DNA of 47,690 nucleotides, from contig JAAYIU010000437.1 of NCBI GenBank assembly GCA_012523265.1, forward strand, positions 1 through 47,690. The letters run 5' to 3'. The position numbers and the translations under genes are program-made. This document shows positions 10,141-18,524 of the stretch, one piece after another (within the stretch, counting starts at the first letter, position 1; every line of letters begins with the position of its first letter). Under the pieces are notes generated by a model. The model saw only the letters and a program-made list of their open reading frames with translations. It had not been told where the DNA came from and ran no database searches. The stretch is from Bacteroidales bacterium (GTDB lineage Bacteria; Bacteroidota; Bacteroidia; Bacteroidales; 4484-276).

Positions 10141-10370
10141 AAAGAAAAAAACCCGCAAGTATTCCAGTGGAGTTTAGTAAACCCCGTTCTTCAAGATTAG
10201 GGTTACCGGCAGCATCAAACGTCCACTGACCCGCCGGATGGCGGATTTCCGCCGAAGCGGAATGAGGCCTGCTTTTAACTGCCTGCGCTTTCCCTTGAGT
10301 GTAAAATGTTGAGTTTACAAACAAATATGGAATAAATGCGGGTATATTATTCCACCGCTGTGCGGGTTTT
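10141..10370 (-). ncRNA. structured RNA candidate between zapA and rny (6S-like RNA or rny leader)
   Basis: The ends pair (ACCCGCA 10367-10361 with UGCGGGU 10157-10151) and are followed by a U7 run. Interior complementary segments are GGUGG/CCACU, GUAAACUC/GGGUUUAC, UCAAG/CUUGA and GGCAG/CUGCC. The apical region has a UUCCGC-UUCG-GCGGAA tetraloop hairpin and a CCGCC-AUCC-GGCGG hairpin. No covariance-model search was possible. Confidence 0.45.
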
Positions 10371-10381
10371 CCTGCCCTGCT

Positions 10382-10708
10382 TTAGCGGCGTTTTTCAAAG
10401 AACGTCGGTTGAACTTCGTCGGTCAAATGTTCGGTTAATACTCTGTCGATCTCTTCTAATTTCTCGCTCAGCTTATCCTGTTGAAAGTTCAACTGGATAT
10501 CCATGTGCTTGTTGCCGATGGCATTTTGCAGTACCACCATGGCAAGCAAATCCTGTGTGTCTTTAAACTCGTAGCTCTCTGCATATTTTCTGAGGTCATC
10601 GTTGATTTTTTTTACTACTTCCCGCACCAGCGCCTCATGCTTTCGTTCGATGTGCAACCGGTATTCTCTTTCGGCTACCCGTACGGTTATAAAAAATTTA
10701 TCCATCAC
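10382..10708 (-). CDS. zapA: cell division protein ZapA
   Basis: 108 aa with a ZapA-like N-terminus (ITVRVAEREYRLHIERKHEALVREVVKKINDDLRKY). It sits upstream of rny, which is typical synteny in Bacteroidota. Confidence 0.8.
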   Translation of the reverse strand: MMDKFFITVRVAEREYRLHIERKHEALVREVVKKINDDLRKYAESYEFKDTQDLLAMVVLQNAIGNKHMDIQLNFQQDKLSEKLEEIDRVLTEHLTDEVQPTFFEKRR

Positions 10709-10729
10709 AGCGTATTATAAAAATGCATG

Positions 10730-11017
10730 TCAATCATTCATCAGGCCGATACATCTGTCAACTTCCCGCAACAGCCCGCTGACGAGCTGCTTTGCTTCTT
10801 TCGATCCTTTTTTCCCTTCTAATGCCTTTGCAATTTTAATTATCTGGTTAGTGTATTCTAATTGTTTAACTTTTAATTTTAGTTCGTTTGTCTCTTCTGT
10901 TAGTTTATTATTGTGTGTCTGTAATTTATCAATTTGCTTCTTGCAACTGTGCAACTGGCTTGTTAACTGTCGGGTCTTGTATTCGATGCCACTTACCAAC
11001 GCAATCAAATCCTTCAT
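10730..11017 (-). CDS. small coiled-coil protein (possible ZapB-like partner of ZapA)
   Basis: 95 aa from the ATG at 11017, heptad-rich (KKQIDKLQTHNNKLTEETNELKLKVKQLEY). It lies 21 nt upstream of zapA. The track start at 11056 falls inside the predicted -7 box. Confidence 0.55.
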   Translation of the reverse strand: MKDLIALVSGIEYKTRQLTSQLHSCKKQIDKLQTHNNKLTEETNELKLKVKQLEYTNQIIKIAKALEGKKGSKEAKQLVSGLLREVDRCIGLMND

Positions 11018-11053
11018 AAATCTTCTCTGTAATTGATCAAAATCACAACCTGA

Positions 11054-11061
11054 CAAAATTA
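11054..11061 (-). promoter_or_regulatory. -7 promoter box (TAatTTTG) for the coiled-coil/zapA/rny unit
   Basis: The plus strand reads caaaatta, which is TAATTTTG on the minus strand. It lies 37 nt upstream of the ATG at 11017. Confidence 0.45.
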
Positions 11062-11115
11062 GACTTTTTTATTAATCAAAAAATATTTTAATCTGCTTTT
11101 TATAAAAATGTTTTT

Positions 11116-11123
11116 TAGTTTTG
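11116..11123 (+). promoter_or_regulatory. -7 promoter box (TAgtTTTG) for the DUF2851 gene
   Basis: tagttttg lies 19 nt upstream of the ATG at 11142. Confidence 0.4.
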
Positions 11124-11141
11124 TCAGCAAAGCTAAAGCAG

Positions 11142-12419
11142 ATGAACGAAAGTTTCCTGAATTTTGTATGGCAATACCGTCTTTATCATCCTCAACTGCG
11201 CACTACTGACGGGCAGCAACTGGAGGTGATTCATCCGGGCATCCTCAATAGCGATGCGGGTCCCGACTTTGCCAACGCCCGCATCCGCCTCGACGATACT
11301 ACCTGGGCCGGCAACATCGAAATTCATCTCAAGTCGGCCGACTGGTACCAGCACAATCACCAGAACGACGAAGCTTTTTCTAATCTTATCCTGCACGTGG
11401 TTTTCGATCACGACCGCATAATCCACGACCGCAACGGTGTGCCCGTGCCTACGCTTGAGCTGCGCGGCATCATCAACGAAGACGTGTATCGCAGGTATCA
11501 ATACTATATTAATAACCACCATTGGATACCGTGCCAGACGGATATTGGCCGCATCAGGCCGCTGACGATGAAAAGCTGGCTGGAGCGTTTAATGATCGAG
11601 CGGCTGGCGCGCAAAAACCACGAGCTGGAAACGTTGCTTGCGCATAATACCAACAACCTGAGCGAGACTTTTTATCAGATGCTGGCCGGCAACTTTGGCT
11701 TCAAAGTGAATGAGCAGCCTTTCCGGATGCTGGCACGCCTGGTTCCTGCCAATATTCTGGCAAAGCACAAAAGCTCGTTGTTTCAAATTGAGGCGTTGCT
11801 GTTTGGTACTTCCGGCTTGCTCAGCAGCGATTATCAAGATGCGTATCCGATGGCGCTGCTGCACGAGTATCGTTTTTTACAAAAAAAATATGATCTGGTG
11901 ACCATGGAAAAACATCTGTGGAAATTTCTGCGGCTGCGGCCGGTTAACTTTCCCACCATCCGTATCGCGCAACTGGCGGCGCTGGTGCACCAGAGCGAGA
12001 GCATGTTTTCGCGTATCATCAATACCGAAAGCATCGACGAGCTGCGAAGCTTTTTTGCGGTGGAGGCAAGCGAATATTGGCACACACATTATAATTTTGA
12101 TAAAAAAGTTCCGGTCAAACCCAAGCCGCTGGGCAGAAGTGCTGCCGACAACCTCCTGATGAATACCATCGTGCGTTTCCTGTTTTTCTATGCCGGACAT
12201 ACCGGTCAGGCCGAATATCGCGACCGGGCCATCGACCTGCTGCTGGCGCTGCCTGCCGAAAAAAATCAAATCATCAGCCACTGGAATGAGCTGGGCGTGG
12301 TAGCTGCCAATGCCTTTGAATCGCAGGCGCTGCTGGAGCTCAAAAATAGCTACTGCCGCACCCGCCAATGTTTGCGGTGCAGCATCGGCAGCAAACTGTT
12401 GCGCAGTGGGGAAGAATGA
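11142..12419 (+). CDS. DUF2851 family protein
   Basis: The N-terminus (MNESFLNFVWQYRLYHP...GPDFANARIRLDDTTWAGNIEIHLKSADWYQHNH...LHVVFDHD) matches the DUF2851 pattern, and there is a C-terminal CxxC. Confidence 0.85.
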   Translation: MNESFLNFVWQYRLYHPQLRTTDGQQLEVIHPGILNSDAGPDFANARIRLDDTTWAGNIEIHLKSADWYQHNHQNDEAFSNLILHVVFDHDRIIHDRNGVPVPTLELRGIINEDVYRRYQYYINNHHWIPCQTDIGRIRPLTMKSWLERLMIERLARKNHELETLLAHNTNNLSETFYQMLAGNFGFKVNEQPFRMLARLVPANILAKHKSSLFQIEALLFGTSGLLSSDYQDAYPMALLHEYRFLQKKYDLVTMEKHLWKFLRLRPVNFPTIRIAQLAALVHQSESMFSRIINTESIDELRSFFAVEASEYWHTHYNFDKKVPVKPKPLGRSAADNLLMNTIVRFLFFYAGHTGQAEYRDRAIDLLLALPAEKNQIISHWNELGVVAANAFESQALLELKNSYCRTRQCLRCSIGSKLLRSGEE

Positions 12420-12495
12420 GGGTGCTACCTGTGATTCGTGTTTTTAATTTACTATTGCAGGAGCAACGATTTACCAATTACTTTGAAAATTAACG

Positions 12496-13521
12496 ATGCA
12501 AAAGGAAGCCGGCAACCGAAAGATTCTTATCGCAGCAATTCTGCTGGCAATAATTATTTGCATTGGCGTGGCGGGCTACATCATCCTCGAAGATTTTGGG
12601 CTGGTAGATGCTTTTTATATGACCATCATCACCCTTACCACTGTGGGTTTTGGTGAAGTGCACCCGCTGGGCGACGAGGGAAAAATCTTTACCGCCGTGT
12701 TGAGTTTTCTTAGTCTTGGTTTCTTTGCTTATTCCATCTCGCTCATCACCACACATTTCATCGAAGGGCAGATCAGCTATATTTTCAGGGGTTATCGTTT
12801 TAAATCTAAAATCAAAATGGAAAATCATATTCTGGTTGTCGGCTTTGGCCGCAATGGCCAGCAGGTAATAGAAGAGTTGCAGGCGCATCACAATCAGTTT
12901 GTGGTGATCGACAACAAGCACGATGTGATGCAGCAATATCGCGGTAAGCAGATACGATTTATCGAAGGCGATGCCACCGAAGATGTGGTGCTGCTCAAAG
13001 CGGGCGTGCAAAAGGCGCGTGCCATCATCACCACCCTGCCCAACGATGCCGACAATTTGTTTGTGGCGCTCACGGCGCGCTCGCTCAACAGCGCCATCAC
13101 CATCGTGTCGCGCGCTTCGAGTGAAGCCAACGAAAAAAAGCTGCGCACTGCCGGAGTAAAAAGTGTGGTGATGCCCGAAAAAGTAGGCGGCGCCCACATG
13201 GCCAAGCTCATTGCCCATCCCGATGTGGTGGAGTTTCTCGAGCATCTTTCCATCCGCGGCGAGGCGCCCACCAACCTGGAAGAGATAGAGTGCAAAAATC
13301 TGCCCGAGGCATTTATTGGCAAAACCATTTACGAGATAGGTGTGCGCAAAAAGTCGGGTGCCAATATCGTTGGTTTTAAAACCTCGGAAGGAAAATACAT
13401 CATCAACCCTTCGCCCGACACACGCGTAATCCCCGAATCAAAACTTTTTGTGCTGGGCACCCGCCAACAAATCGACAGCATGAAACACATTTTGGAGCAT
13501 GGAGATGGTGTGGCGGTGTAG
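12496..13521 (+). CDS. 2-TM potassium channel with RCK (TrkA-N/TrkA-C) domains
   Basis: It has the selectivity filter TLTTVGFGE, two TM helices, a Rossmann segment ILVVGFGRNGQ and a C-terminal TrkA-C-like domain. Confidence 0.88.
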   Translation: MQKEAGNRKILIAAILLAIIICIGVAGYIILEDFGLVDAFYMTIITLTTVGFGEVHPLGDEGKIFTAVLSFLSLGFFAYSISLITTHFIEGQISYIFRGYRFKSKIKMENHILVVGFGRNGQQVIEELQAHHNQFVVIDNKHDVMQQYRGKQIRFIEGDATEDVVLLKAGVQKARAIITTLPNDADNLFVALTARSLNSAITIVSRASSEANEKKLRTAGVKSVVMPEKVGGAHMAKLIAHPDVVEFLEHLSIRGEAPTNLEEIECKNLPEAFIGKTIYEIGVRKKSGANIVGFKTSEGKYIINPSPDTRVIPESKLFVLGTRQQIDSMKHILEHGDGVAV

Positions 13522-13566
13522 CCATCACAGACATTTGAAGAAAACAGATGGCTGTAATAGTTGGCT

Positions 13567-14469
13567 TTAATTACGCTTCCATTTCAACCTTTTCCCCAGC
13601 ACCAGCAGCATTGCGCCCGAAATGGTGAGCGCACCTCCGGCAAGTTGATAGTCAGCCGGAAAACGTCCAAAAATAAAATATGCTCCCACCAGAACAAACA
13701 GCGCTGTTGTGCTCTGTATGATGGCTGCACGTGAGGCTTCGATGTATTTGAGCGAACTGTATTGGCTGATAGAAGTGATAAATGGCCCGAAAAATGAGCC
13801 GAAGGCAATATTTATCAATGCCGAAGTTGGAATTACAAAACTGTGCCCCGTGATTTTTAAAATCAGCAGCGAAAATAAAAGCAAATAAATGGCTCTGTTG
13901 ATGGCCAACATGGTGGGAGTAATGACCCGGATATTCTTTTTGGCTATGATGGTGCGGGCGCCGAAAAACAAAGTGGTAATAAACATTAGCCCTGCTGTGC
14001 CTGTAAAGTACGAGGATAACGGAGCGCTTTTCTGGTAGCTGATTACCAGAGCGCCCGTAAAAGTGAGAACAATTCCCAGAACTTCAGCAGGTGAAAATTT
14101 TTCTTTGAGCAAAAAAACACCGAACAAGGTTACGAAAACATATTCCATGTTGCGCAAAAACGATGGTATAGCAGGATTTGGGGTTATTTCGATGGCTCCG
14201 TAAAATGAGGCGGTGGCAATAATTTCGATTGTGCCAAGGATAAAAAGTATTTTAAACGATTTTAGGGAAATGCGATGAAAGCGCCGGTGTTCAGCCGATC
14301 GCATTGTGAACAATGTATTCCAAAGTAATGCGCCGGTAAACCAGTAAACTCCAAACTGTGGCAGGCTTACCTCCTGAAGGGCGGCCTTGCTAAAAATGTA
14401 AACGGTCGATACCGAAATAGTAGCAATCAAGGCTAAGAGATAGCCTTTTATTTTGGGTTGGATGATCAT
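13567..14469 (-). CDS. EamA/DMT family transporter
   Basis: 300 aa with about 10 predicted TM helices in two EamA-like halves. Confidence 0.8.
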   Translation of the reverse strand: MIIQPKIKGYLLALIATISVSTVYIFSKAALQEVSLPQFGVYWFTGALLWNTLFTMRSAEHRRFHRISLKSFKILFILGTIEIIATASFYGAIEITPNPAIPSFLRNMEYVFVTLFGVFLLKEKFSPAEVLGIVLTFTGALVISYQKSAPLSSYFTGTAGLMFITTLFFGARTIIAKKNIRVITPTMLAINRAIYLLLFSLLILKITGHSFVIPTSALINIAFGSFFGPFITSISQYSSLKYIEASRAAIIQSTTALFVLVGAYFIFGRFPADYQLAGGALTISGAMLLVLGKRLKWKRN

Positions 14470-14559
14470 TATCGATCTGAATTAAGTAGGAATGATCGGG
14501 ATGTGCCGGGGTTTATTTGTCAGTTGTTATTTGATTTTTGGGATTTTAAAAATTCTCGT

Positions 14560-15969
14560 TCATAATTTTTCGGCAGAGCTTACAATCTTCTTAGCCAGCC
14601 CATGCTGGTCGATCCCGTCAAAACTTCCTGAACTCATCATCAAAAGATTGCTGTTGGCGTAATTTTGCGAAAGCAAAAATTCCAGTAACTCTTCGGCCTG
14701 TGTAAAAACGTTTAGGTCGCTTCGGCCAAAACCATCTATAACTTCCTGCGGGGTGATGGGTGGGAGTTTTTTAAGCTGCAGTGCGTGGTGGCTGTAAAAT
14801 ACTACGGCTACATCCGCCGGATCGAGGCTGTGGCGGTAGTGACCAAGAAAATGCCTGCTCAGGCTGCTAAAGGTGTGCAGCTCAAGCACGGCCACCAGCC
14901 GCCGCTCAGGATACTGATTTTGGATGGCCGCTACGGTAGCCGTCACTTTGGAAGGCGCGTGGGCAAAATCTTTATAAACCACCATGGTGTCGTTTTGCGC
15001 AATACACTCCAGCCGACGGGCAGCGCCGGTAAAAGTAGTGATGACCTGGTAAAAGACAACATCAGAAATCCCCAACTCGCGGCACACCAACTGGGCGCCG
15101 GCCAGGTTTTGCAGGTTGTGGCGGCCAAAGATACGGAGTGGAACCTCGGCTTTGTGGTTTTCATCGGGCAAGAGATAAGTTGTTCCGTTTTTAATTTTAG
15201 ATGGAAATTCATGATAGGGCAGCACATTGTGAGGGCAATTCTTATTTGCGCTACAGCGCGATATCACTTCCTGAAGCACCTCATCGTCGGCGCAATAAAC
15301 CAGCGTTCCTTCTGTGCCGATGCTTTCGATGAATAGTTCAAACTGCTGTTTGTAACCCTCCCACGACGGAAATACGTTGATGTGGTCCCAGGCGATGCCG
15401 CTGATGAGCGCAATGTGCGGATGATAATGCAGGAACTTTGGGCGCGGGTCGGTGGGGGAGGTGAGGTATTCGTCGCCTTCGATGACCATAATGGGCGCAT
15501 CGGTGAGTTTTACCATCACATCAAAACCCTCTACTTTGGCGCCGACCAGATAATCGAAATCCTGGCCGATATGGCGCAGCACATGCATCACCATAGAGGT
15601 GATGGTGGTTTTGCCGTGACTTCCGGCAATTACTACACGGGTTTTTTGTTTGGAATGTTGGTACAGATATTCCGGAAAGGAGTAAATCTTTAATCCCAGC
15701 GCGACGGCTTTTTCAAGCTCAGGATTGTCGTTTTTGGCGTGCATGCCCAGAATTACCGCATCGATGTCGGGCGTAATTTTCCCGGCAAACCATCCTTGTT
15801 TGTCAGGCAACAAGCCATGGTTGGCCAGATTGGAACGGGCGGGTTCGAAAATTTCGTCGTCGGAGCCGCTCACCCTGTGGCCTTTGTTGTGCAGGGCAAT
15901 GGCCATGTTGTGCATCACCGCGCCACCAATGGCGATGAAGTGTATCCGTTGGTTTTTATTTTCCGACAT
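14560..15969 (-). CDS. mpl: Mur ligase family protein, Mpl-like UDP-N-acetylmuramate:tripeptide ligase
   Basis: 469 aa, collinear with E. coli Mpl (IHFIAIGGAVMHNMA, GSHGKTTITSM, EGDEY, DFAHAPSK). Confidence 0.8.
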   Translation of the reverse strand: MSENKNQRIHFIAIGGAVMHNMAIALHNKGHRVSGSDDEIFEPARSNLANHGLLPDKQGWFAGKITPDIDAVILGMHAKNDNPELEKAVALGLKIYSFPEYLYQHSKQKTRVVIAGSHGKTTITSMVMHVLRHIGQDFDYLVGAKVEGFDVMVKLTDAPIMVIEGDEYLTSPTDPRPKFLHYHPHIALISGIAWDHINVFPSWEGYKQQFELFIESIGTEGTLVYCADDEVLQEVISRCSANKNCPHNVLPYHEFPSKIKNGTTYLLPDENHKAEVPLRIFGRHNLQNLAGAQLVCRELGISDVVFYQVITTFTGAARRLECIAQNDTMVVYKDFAHAPSKVTATVAAIQNQYPERRLVAVLELHTFSSLSRHFLGHYRHSLDPADVAVVFYSHHALQLKKLPPITPQEVIDGFGRSDLNVFTQAEELLEFLLSQNYANSNLLMMSSGSFDGIDQHGLAKKIVSSAEKL

Positions 15970-16000
15970 AAATATCTTTTTTAAAACAAATACAAAACTT

Positions 16001-16735
16001 TTATGGCTCCTGGTTTACGTCTACCAGTTCGCCATCGCGCATGATGGGAACCACAGCAGTAGAATCCTGTTGGAAAGAAAACTCCAGCACGTCATCCACG
16101 CCCAGCATACGCAGGCGCTGGCGGTGCGCAGCCTTTTCGATGTATTGCAGCACGTCGGCTTTGGCGACATTCCATAGGTCGAGGGCGGCATGCGCCGAGT
16201 CGCTGGCGATTTCGTAAGCTTTTAGCTCCAGCAGTTTTTCGATAAAGGCGCCGGCAAAGAGGGTGTCCTCGAGGCAGAAGGTATTTTTCCAGCCGGCGCA
16301 AAGTATCAGCACATCAATCTCCTGCTTCGCTACCCATTGCGCCAAAGCGCTTATGTTGGTGAAGGCGCCGATTACCACCTTCTGGCTTTGGCGGCAGGCG
16401 GTTTCGATGGCTAAAGTGCCGTTGGTGGTGGTGAAAACGAGTTTCTTATTTTTCACCTCTCCCTTTTGAAAAGCAAAGGCCGAGTTGCCAAATTTTGCAA
16501 AGCTCAGCATTACACCATCGCGCTCGGCAGCAACAGGGAAACCAATTTTCTTTAGCTCCATTGCTTTTTCTATCGACAAAACGGGAATTACCGACCGGGC
16601 GCCATGCTCCAGTGCTGAAACCATGGAGGTGGTTGCGCGCAAAATGTCCACCACAACGACTACCGTGTTGCTGCTGATGGTGCGGTGCTCGGCCTGTGCG
16701 GGAGTAAAACAAACATCTACATTAAAATTCATCAT
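16001..16735 (-). CDS. comB: 2-phosphosulfolactate phosphatase (ComB) family protein
   Basis: 244 aa with the ComB signature VVVVVDILRATTSM. Confidence 0.75.
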   Translation of the reverse strand: MMNFNVDVCFTPAQAEHRTISSNTVVVVVDILRATTSMVSALEHGARSVIPVLSIEKAMELKKIGFPVAAERDGVMLSFAKFGNSAFAFQKGEVKNKKLVFTTTNGTLAIETACRQSQKVVIGAFTNISALAQWVAKQEIDVLILCAGWKNTFCLEDTLFAGAFIEKLLELKAYEIASDSAHAALDLWNVAKADVLQYIEKAAHRQRLRMLGVDDVLEFSFQQDSTAVVPIMRDGELVDVNQEP

Positions 16736-16800
16736 CTGTTTATTAAAAACAAGAAAGGATGGCCTGCCGTAGCAACACCATCCTTGCCTGTGGAGTTTTG

Positions 16801-17892
16801 TTAGCCTTTATAAAATGGCACCTTAACGATTTTGGCGCGCAGCAGTTTGCCCCGTATTTTGATGAATATCTCCTTGTCGAATCCGGCGTGTTTACTTTCA
16901 ATGTACCCCAGGCCAATGGCTTTTTTTAGTGACGGTGCCATGGTTCCGGAGGTTACTTGGCCGATTACGTTGCCCTGCTCGTCGCAGATTTCGTAGTGCT
17001 GCCGCGGGATTCCTTTGTCGATCATCTCGAAGCCGCGCAGCCTGCGTTTTGGACCATCGTTTTTGATTTTTTCGTGATAGTCGCGCAGGATGAAGTGTTT
17101 GTAGTCGGTAAATTTGGTTATCCAGCCCATCCCGGCTTCTATGGGTGAGGTAGTATCGTCGATGTCGTTGCCGTATAGGCAAAAGCCCATTTCGAGACGC
17201 AGTGTGTCGCGTGCACCCAGTCCGATGGGTTTTATGCCAAATTCTTCACCGGCTTCAAAGAGCGCTTTCCATAATTTTTCGGCATCGTCATTAGCAAAAT
17301 AAATCTCGAAACTGTTTTTCTCGCCGGTGTAGCCGGTAGCCGAAATGATGACGTCGGGCACGCCGGCTACTGTGGCGCGTCGGAAAGTATAGAAGCCGAT
17401 GGTGCTAAGGTCGGTGTCGGTAAGCTTTTGCAGTGTAGCCATGGCTTTGGGGCCCTGAATGGCCAACAACGAGGTTTCGTCGGATGCGTCGTAGAGAATG
17501 GCACCCTCGGTGTTGTGTTGGTTTATCCATTTCCAGTCTTTGTCGATGTTGGAGGCGTTGACTACCAGCAGGTAGTTTTCGGCATCGAAACGATAAATGA
17601 TCAGGTCGTCCACAATACCGCCTTTGTCGTTGGGCAAGCACGAGTATTGCGCGTGGCCGTCTTCGAGTTTCGACACGTCATTGGTGGTAATGCGCTGTAG
17701 CAGTTCAACAGCCTTGGGGCCTTTCACCCAAAACTCGCCCATGTGCGAAACATCAAATACTCCTACGCCCTTGCGCACAGTTTCGTGTTCGGCATTCACA
17801 CCTTCGTATTGTATCGGCATATTATAGCCTGCAAAAGGAACCATCTTGGCTCCCAATGATTCATGGATTTTGGTTAATGCAGTATCTTTCAT
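16801..17892 (-). CDS. gcvT: glycine cleavage system aminomethyltransferase GcvT
   Basis: 363 aa with typical T-protein motifs ([29 protein letters not shown]). Confidence 0.93.
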   Translation of the reverse strand: MKDTALTKIHESLGAKMVPFAGYNMPIQYEGVNAEHETVRKGVGVFDVSHMGEFWVKGPKAVELLQRITTNDVSKLEDGHAQYSCLPNDKGGIVDDLIIYRFDAENYLLVVNASNIDKDWKWINQHNTEGAILYDASDETSLLAIQGPKAMATLQKLTDTDLSTIGFYTFRRATVAGVPDVIISATGYTGEKNSFEIYFANDDAEKLWKALFEAGEEFGIKPIGLGARDTLRLEMGFCLYGNDIDDTTSPIEAGMGWITKFTDYKHFILRDYHEKIKNDGPKRRLRGFEMIDKGIPRQHYEICDEQGNVIGQVTSGTMAPSLKKAIGLGYIESKHAGFDKEIFIKIRGKLLRAKIVKVPFYKG

Positions 17893-17917
17893 CTGGATTA
17901 TGATTTTTTTGGAAAGG

Positions 17918-17925
17918 CAAAAATA
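17918..17925 (-). promoter_or_regulatory. -7 promoter box (TAttTTTG) for gcvT
   Basis: The plus strand reads caaaaata, which is TATTTTTG on the minus strand. It lies 25 nt upstream of the gcvT ATG, so the leader is short. Confidence 0.45.
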
Positions 17926-18102
17926 CAGATTTGGTGATTATCAGCCACAGCAAATCCTTTCATTTTTGTACTTATCTTAGCACAAATCATTTTTGTAATG
18001 AAAATCAAAGAATAGATCCAAACAAAAGTTGATACACCCGAGCCTGATGATTTGAGATTAATTAGTGTCTGTCCATAAAGAATTATTGATTTGTTATTTT
18101 GT

Positions 18103-18157
18103 CTTCCCCCGTCCTCGCTGGGATTGCCGAAGGCAATCCCAGCGAGGACGGGGGGAG
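18103..18157. repeat. near-perfect 26-bp-stem inverted repeat (GAA loop)
   Basis: ccccgtcctcgctgggattgcc-gaa-ggcaatcccagcgaggacgggg gives 23 Watson-Crick pairs, plus 3 flanking pairs that include one G-T. Confidence 0.9.
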
Positions 18158-18184
18158 TTGACATCCCTTCATTTCAAACCCAGG

Positions 18185-18231
18185 CATAAATCTGGGCTAT
18201 GGATTTCATAAATGCCTGGGCTATGGATTTC
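18185..18231. repeat. tandem direct repeat cataaat(gc)ctgggctatggatttc x2
   Basis: The 16-nt core ctgggctatggatttc is perfect at 18192-18207 and 18216-18231, a period of 24. Confidence 0.85.
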
Positions 18232-18457
18232 CTCAATAAACCTTACTTTAAAGACAGACAATAATTAAAGTGTTGATAGCATCTTTATCGGACAAGCGAA
18301 AGATGAGGAGATAAATAATGTTCCAAATAAATCCCAAATGACAATAAAACAACCGACGGTTGGAACTTATTTGTTATTTGGTCATTGTTATTTGGAGCTT
18401 CTACTTACAACTCTGCTTTTTCTGTTCATTTTGTTTCAACAGTCTAAGCTGTAAAAA

Positions 18458-18497
18458 TTAAAAAAAAGCTCCCTGCACGTCTAAGTTGCAGGGAGCT
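18458..18497 (-). terminator. rho-independent terminator of sucC (structurally bidirectional)
   Basis: An 11-bp stem agctccctgca/tgcagggagct is flanked by an A7 run on one side and T5 on the other. It lies 28 nt after the sucC stop. Confidence 0.8.
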
Positions 18498-18524
18498 TTT
18501 TGTGTAGATTTTATTTGGTAAGGC

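Larger units (their letters stand above)
18058..18268. mobile_element. MITE-like non-coding element with terminal inverted repeats
   Basis: The left end is ttaattagtgtctgtc (18058-18073). The right end is gacagacaataattaa (18253-18268), whose reverse complement is ttaattattgtctgtc, a 15/16 match. The interior holds a 26-bp hairpin and a 23-25-nt tandem duplication. There is no credible ORF, and TTAA sits at both tips. Confidence 0.4.

Noticed and set aside
10112-10324. The track ORF gives an N-terminal 71-aa extension of rny ([12 protein letters not shown]...).
   Set aside because: The extension has no RNase Y homology. The canonical TM N-terminus begins at the ATG at 10111. The extension is read through the highly structured, terminator-ended spacer.
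17893-18057. I looked for a glycine riboswitch upstream of gcvT.
   Set aside because: A -7 box lies only 25 nt from the ATG, so the leader is too short. I saw no paired-aptamer-like conserved structure.
17898-18164. An 88-aa ORF lies in the gcvT-sucC spacer.
   Set aside because: It is a translation through the gcvT promoter region and the 26-bp hairpin of the MITE-like element. The sequence is low complexity and there is no start context.
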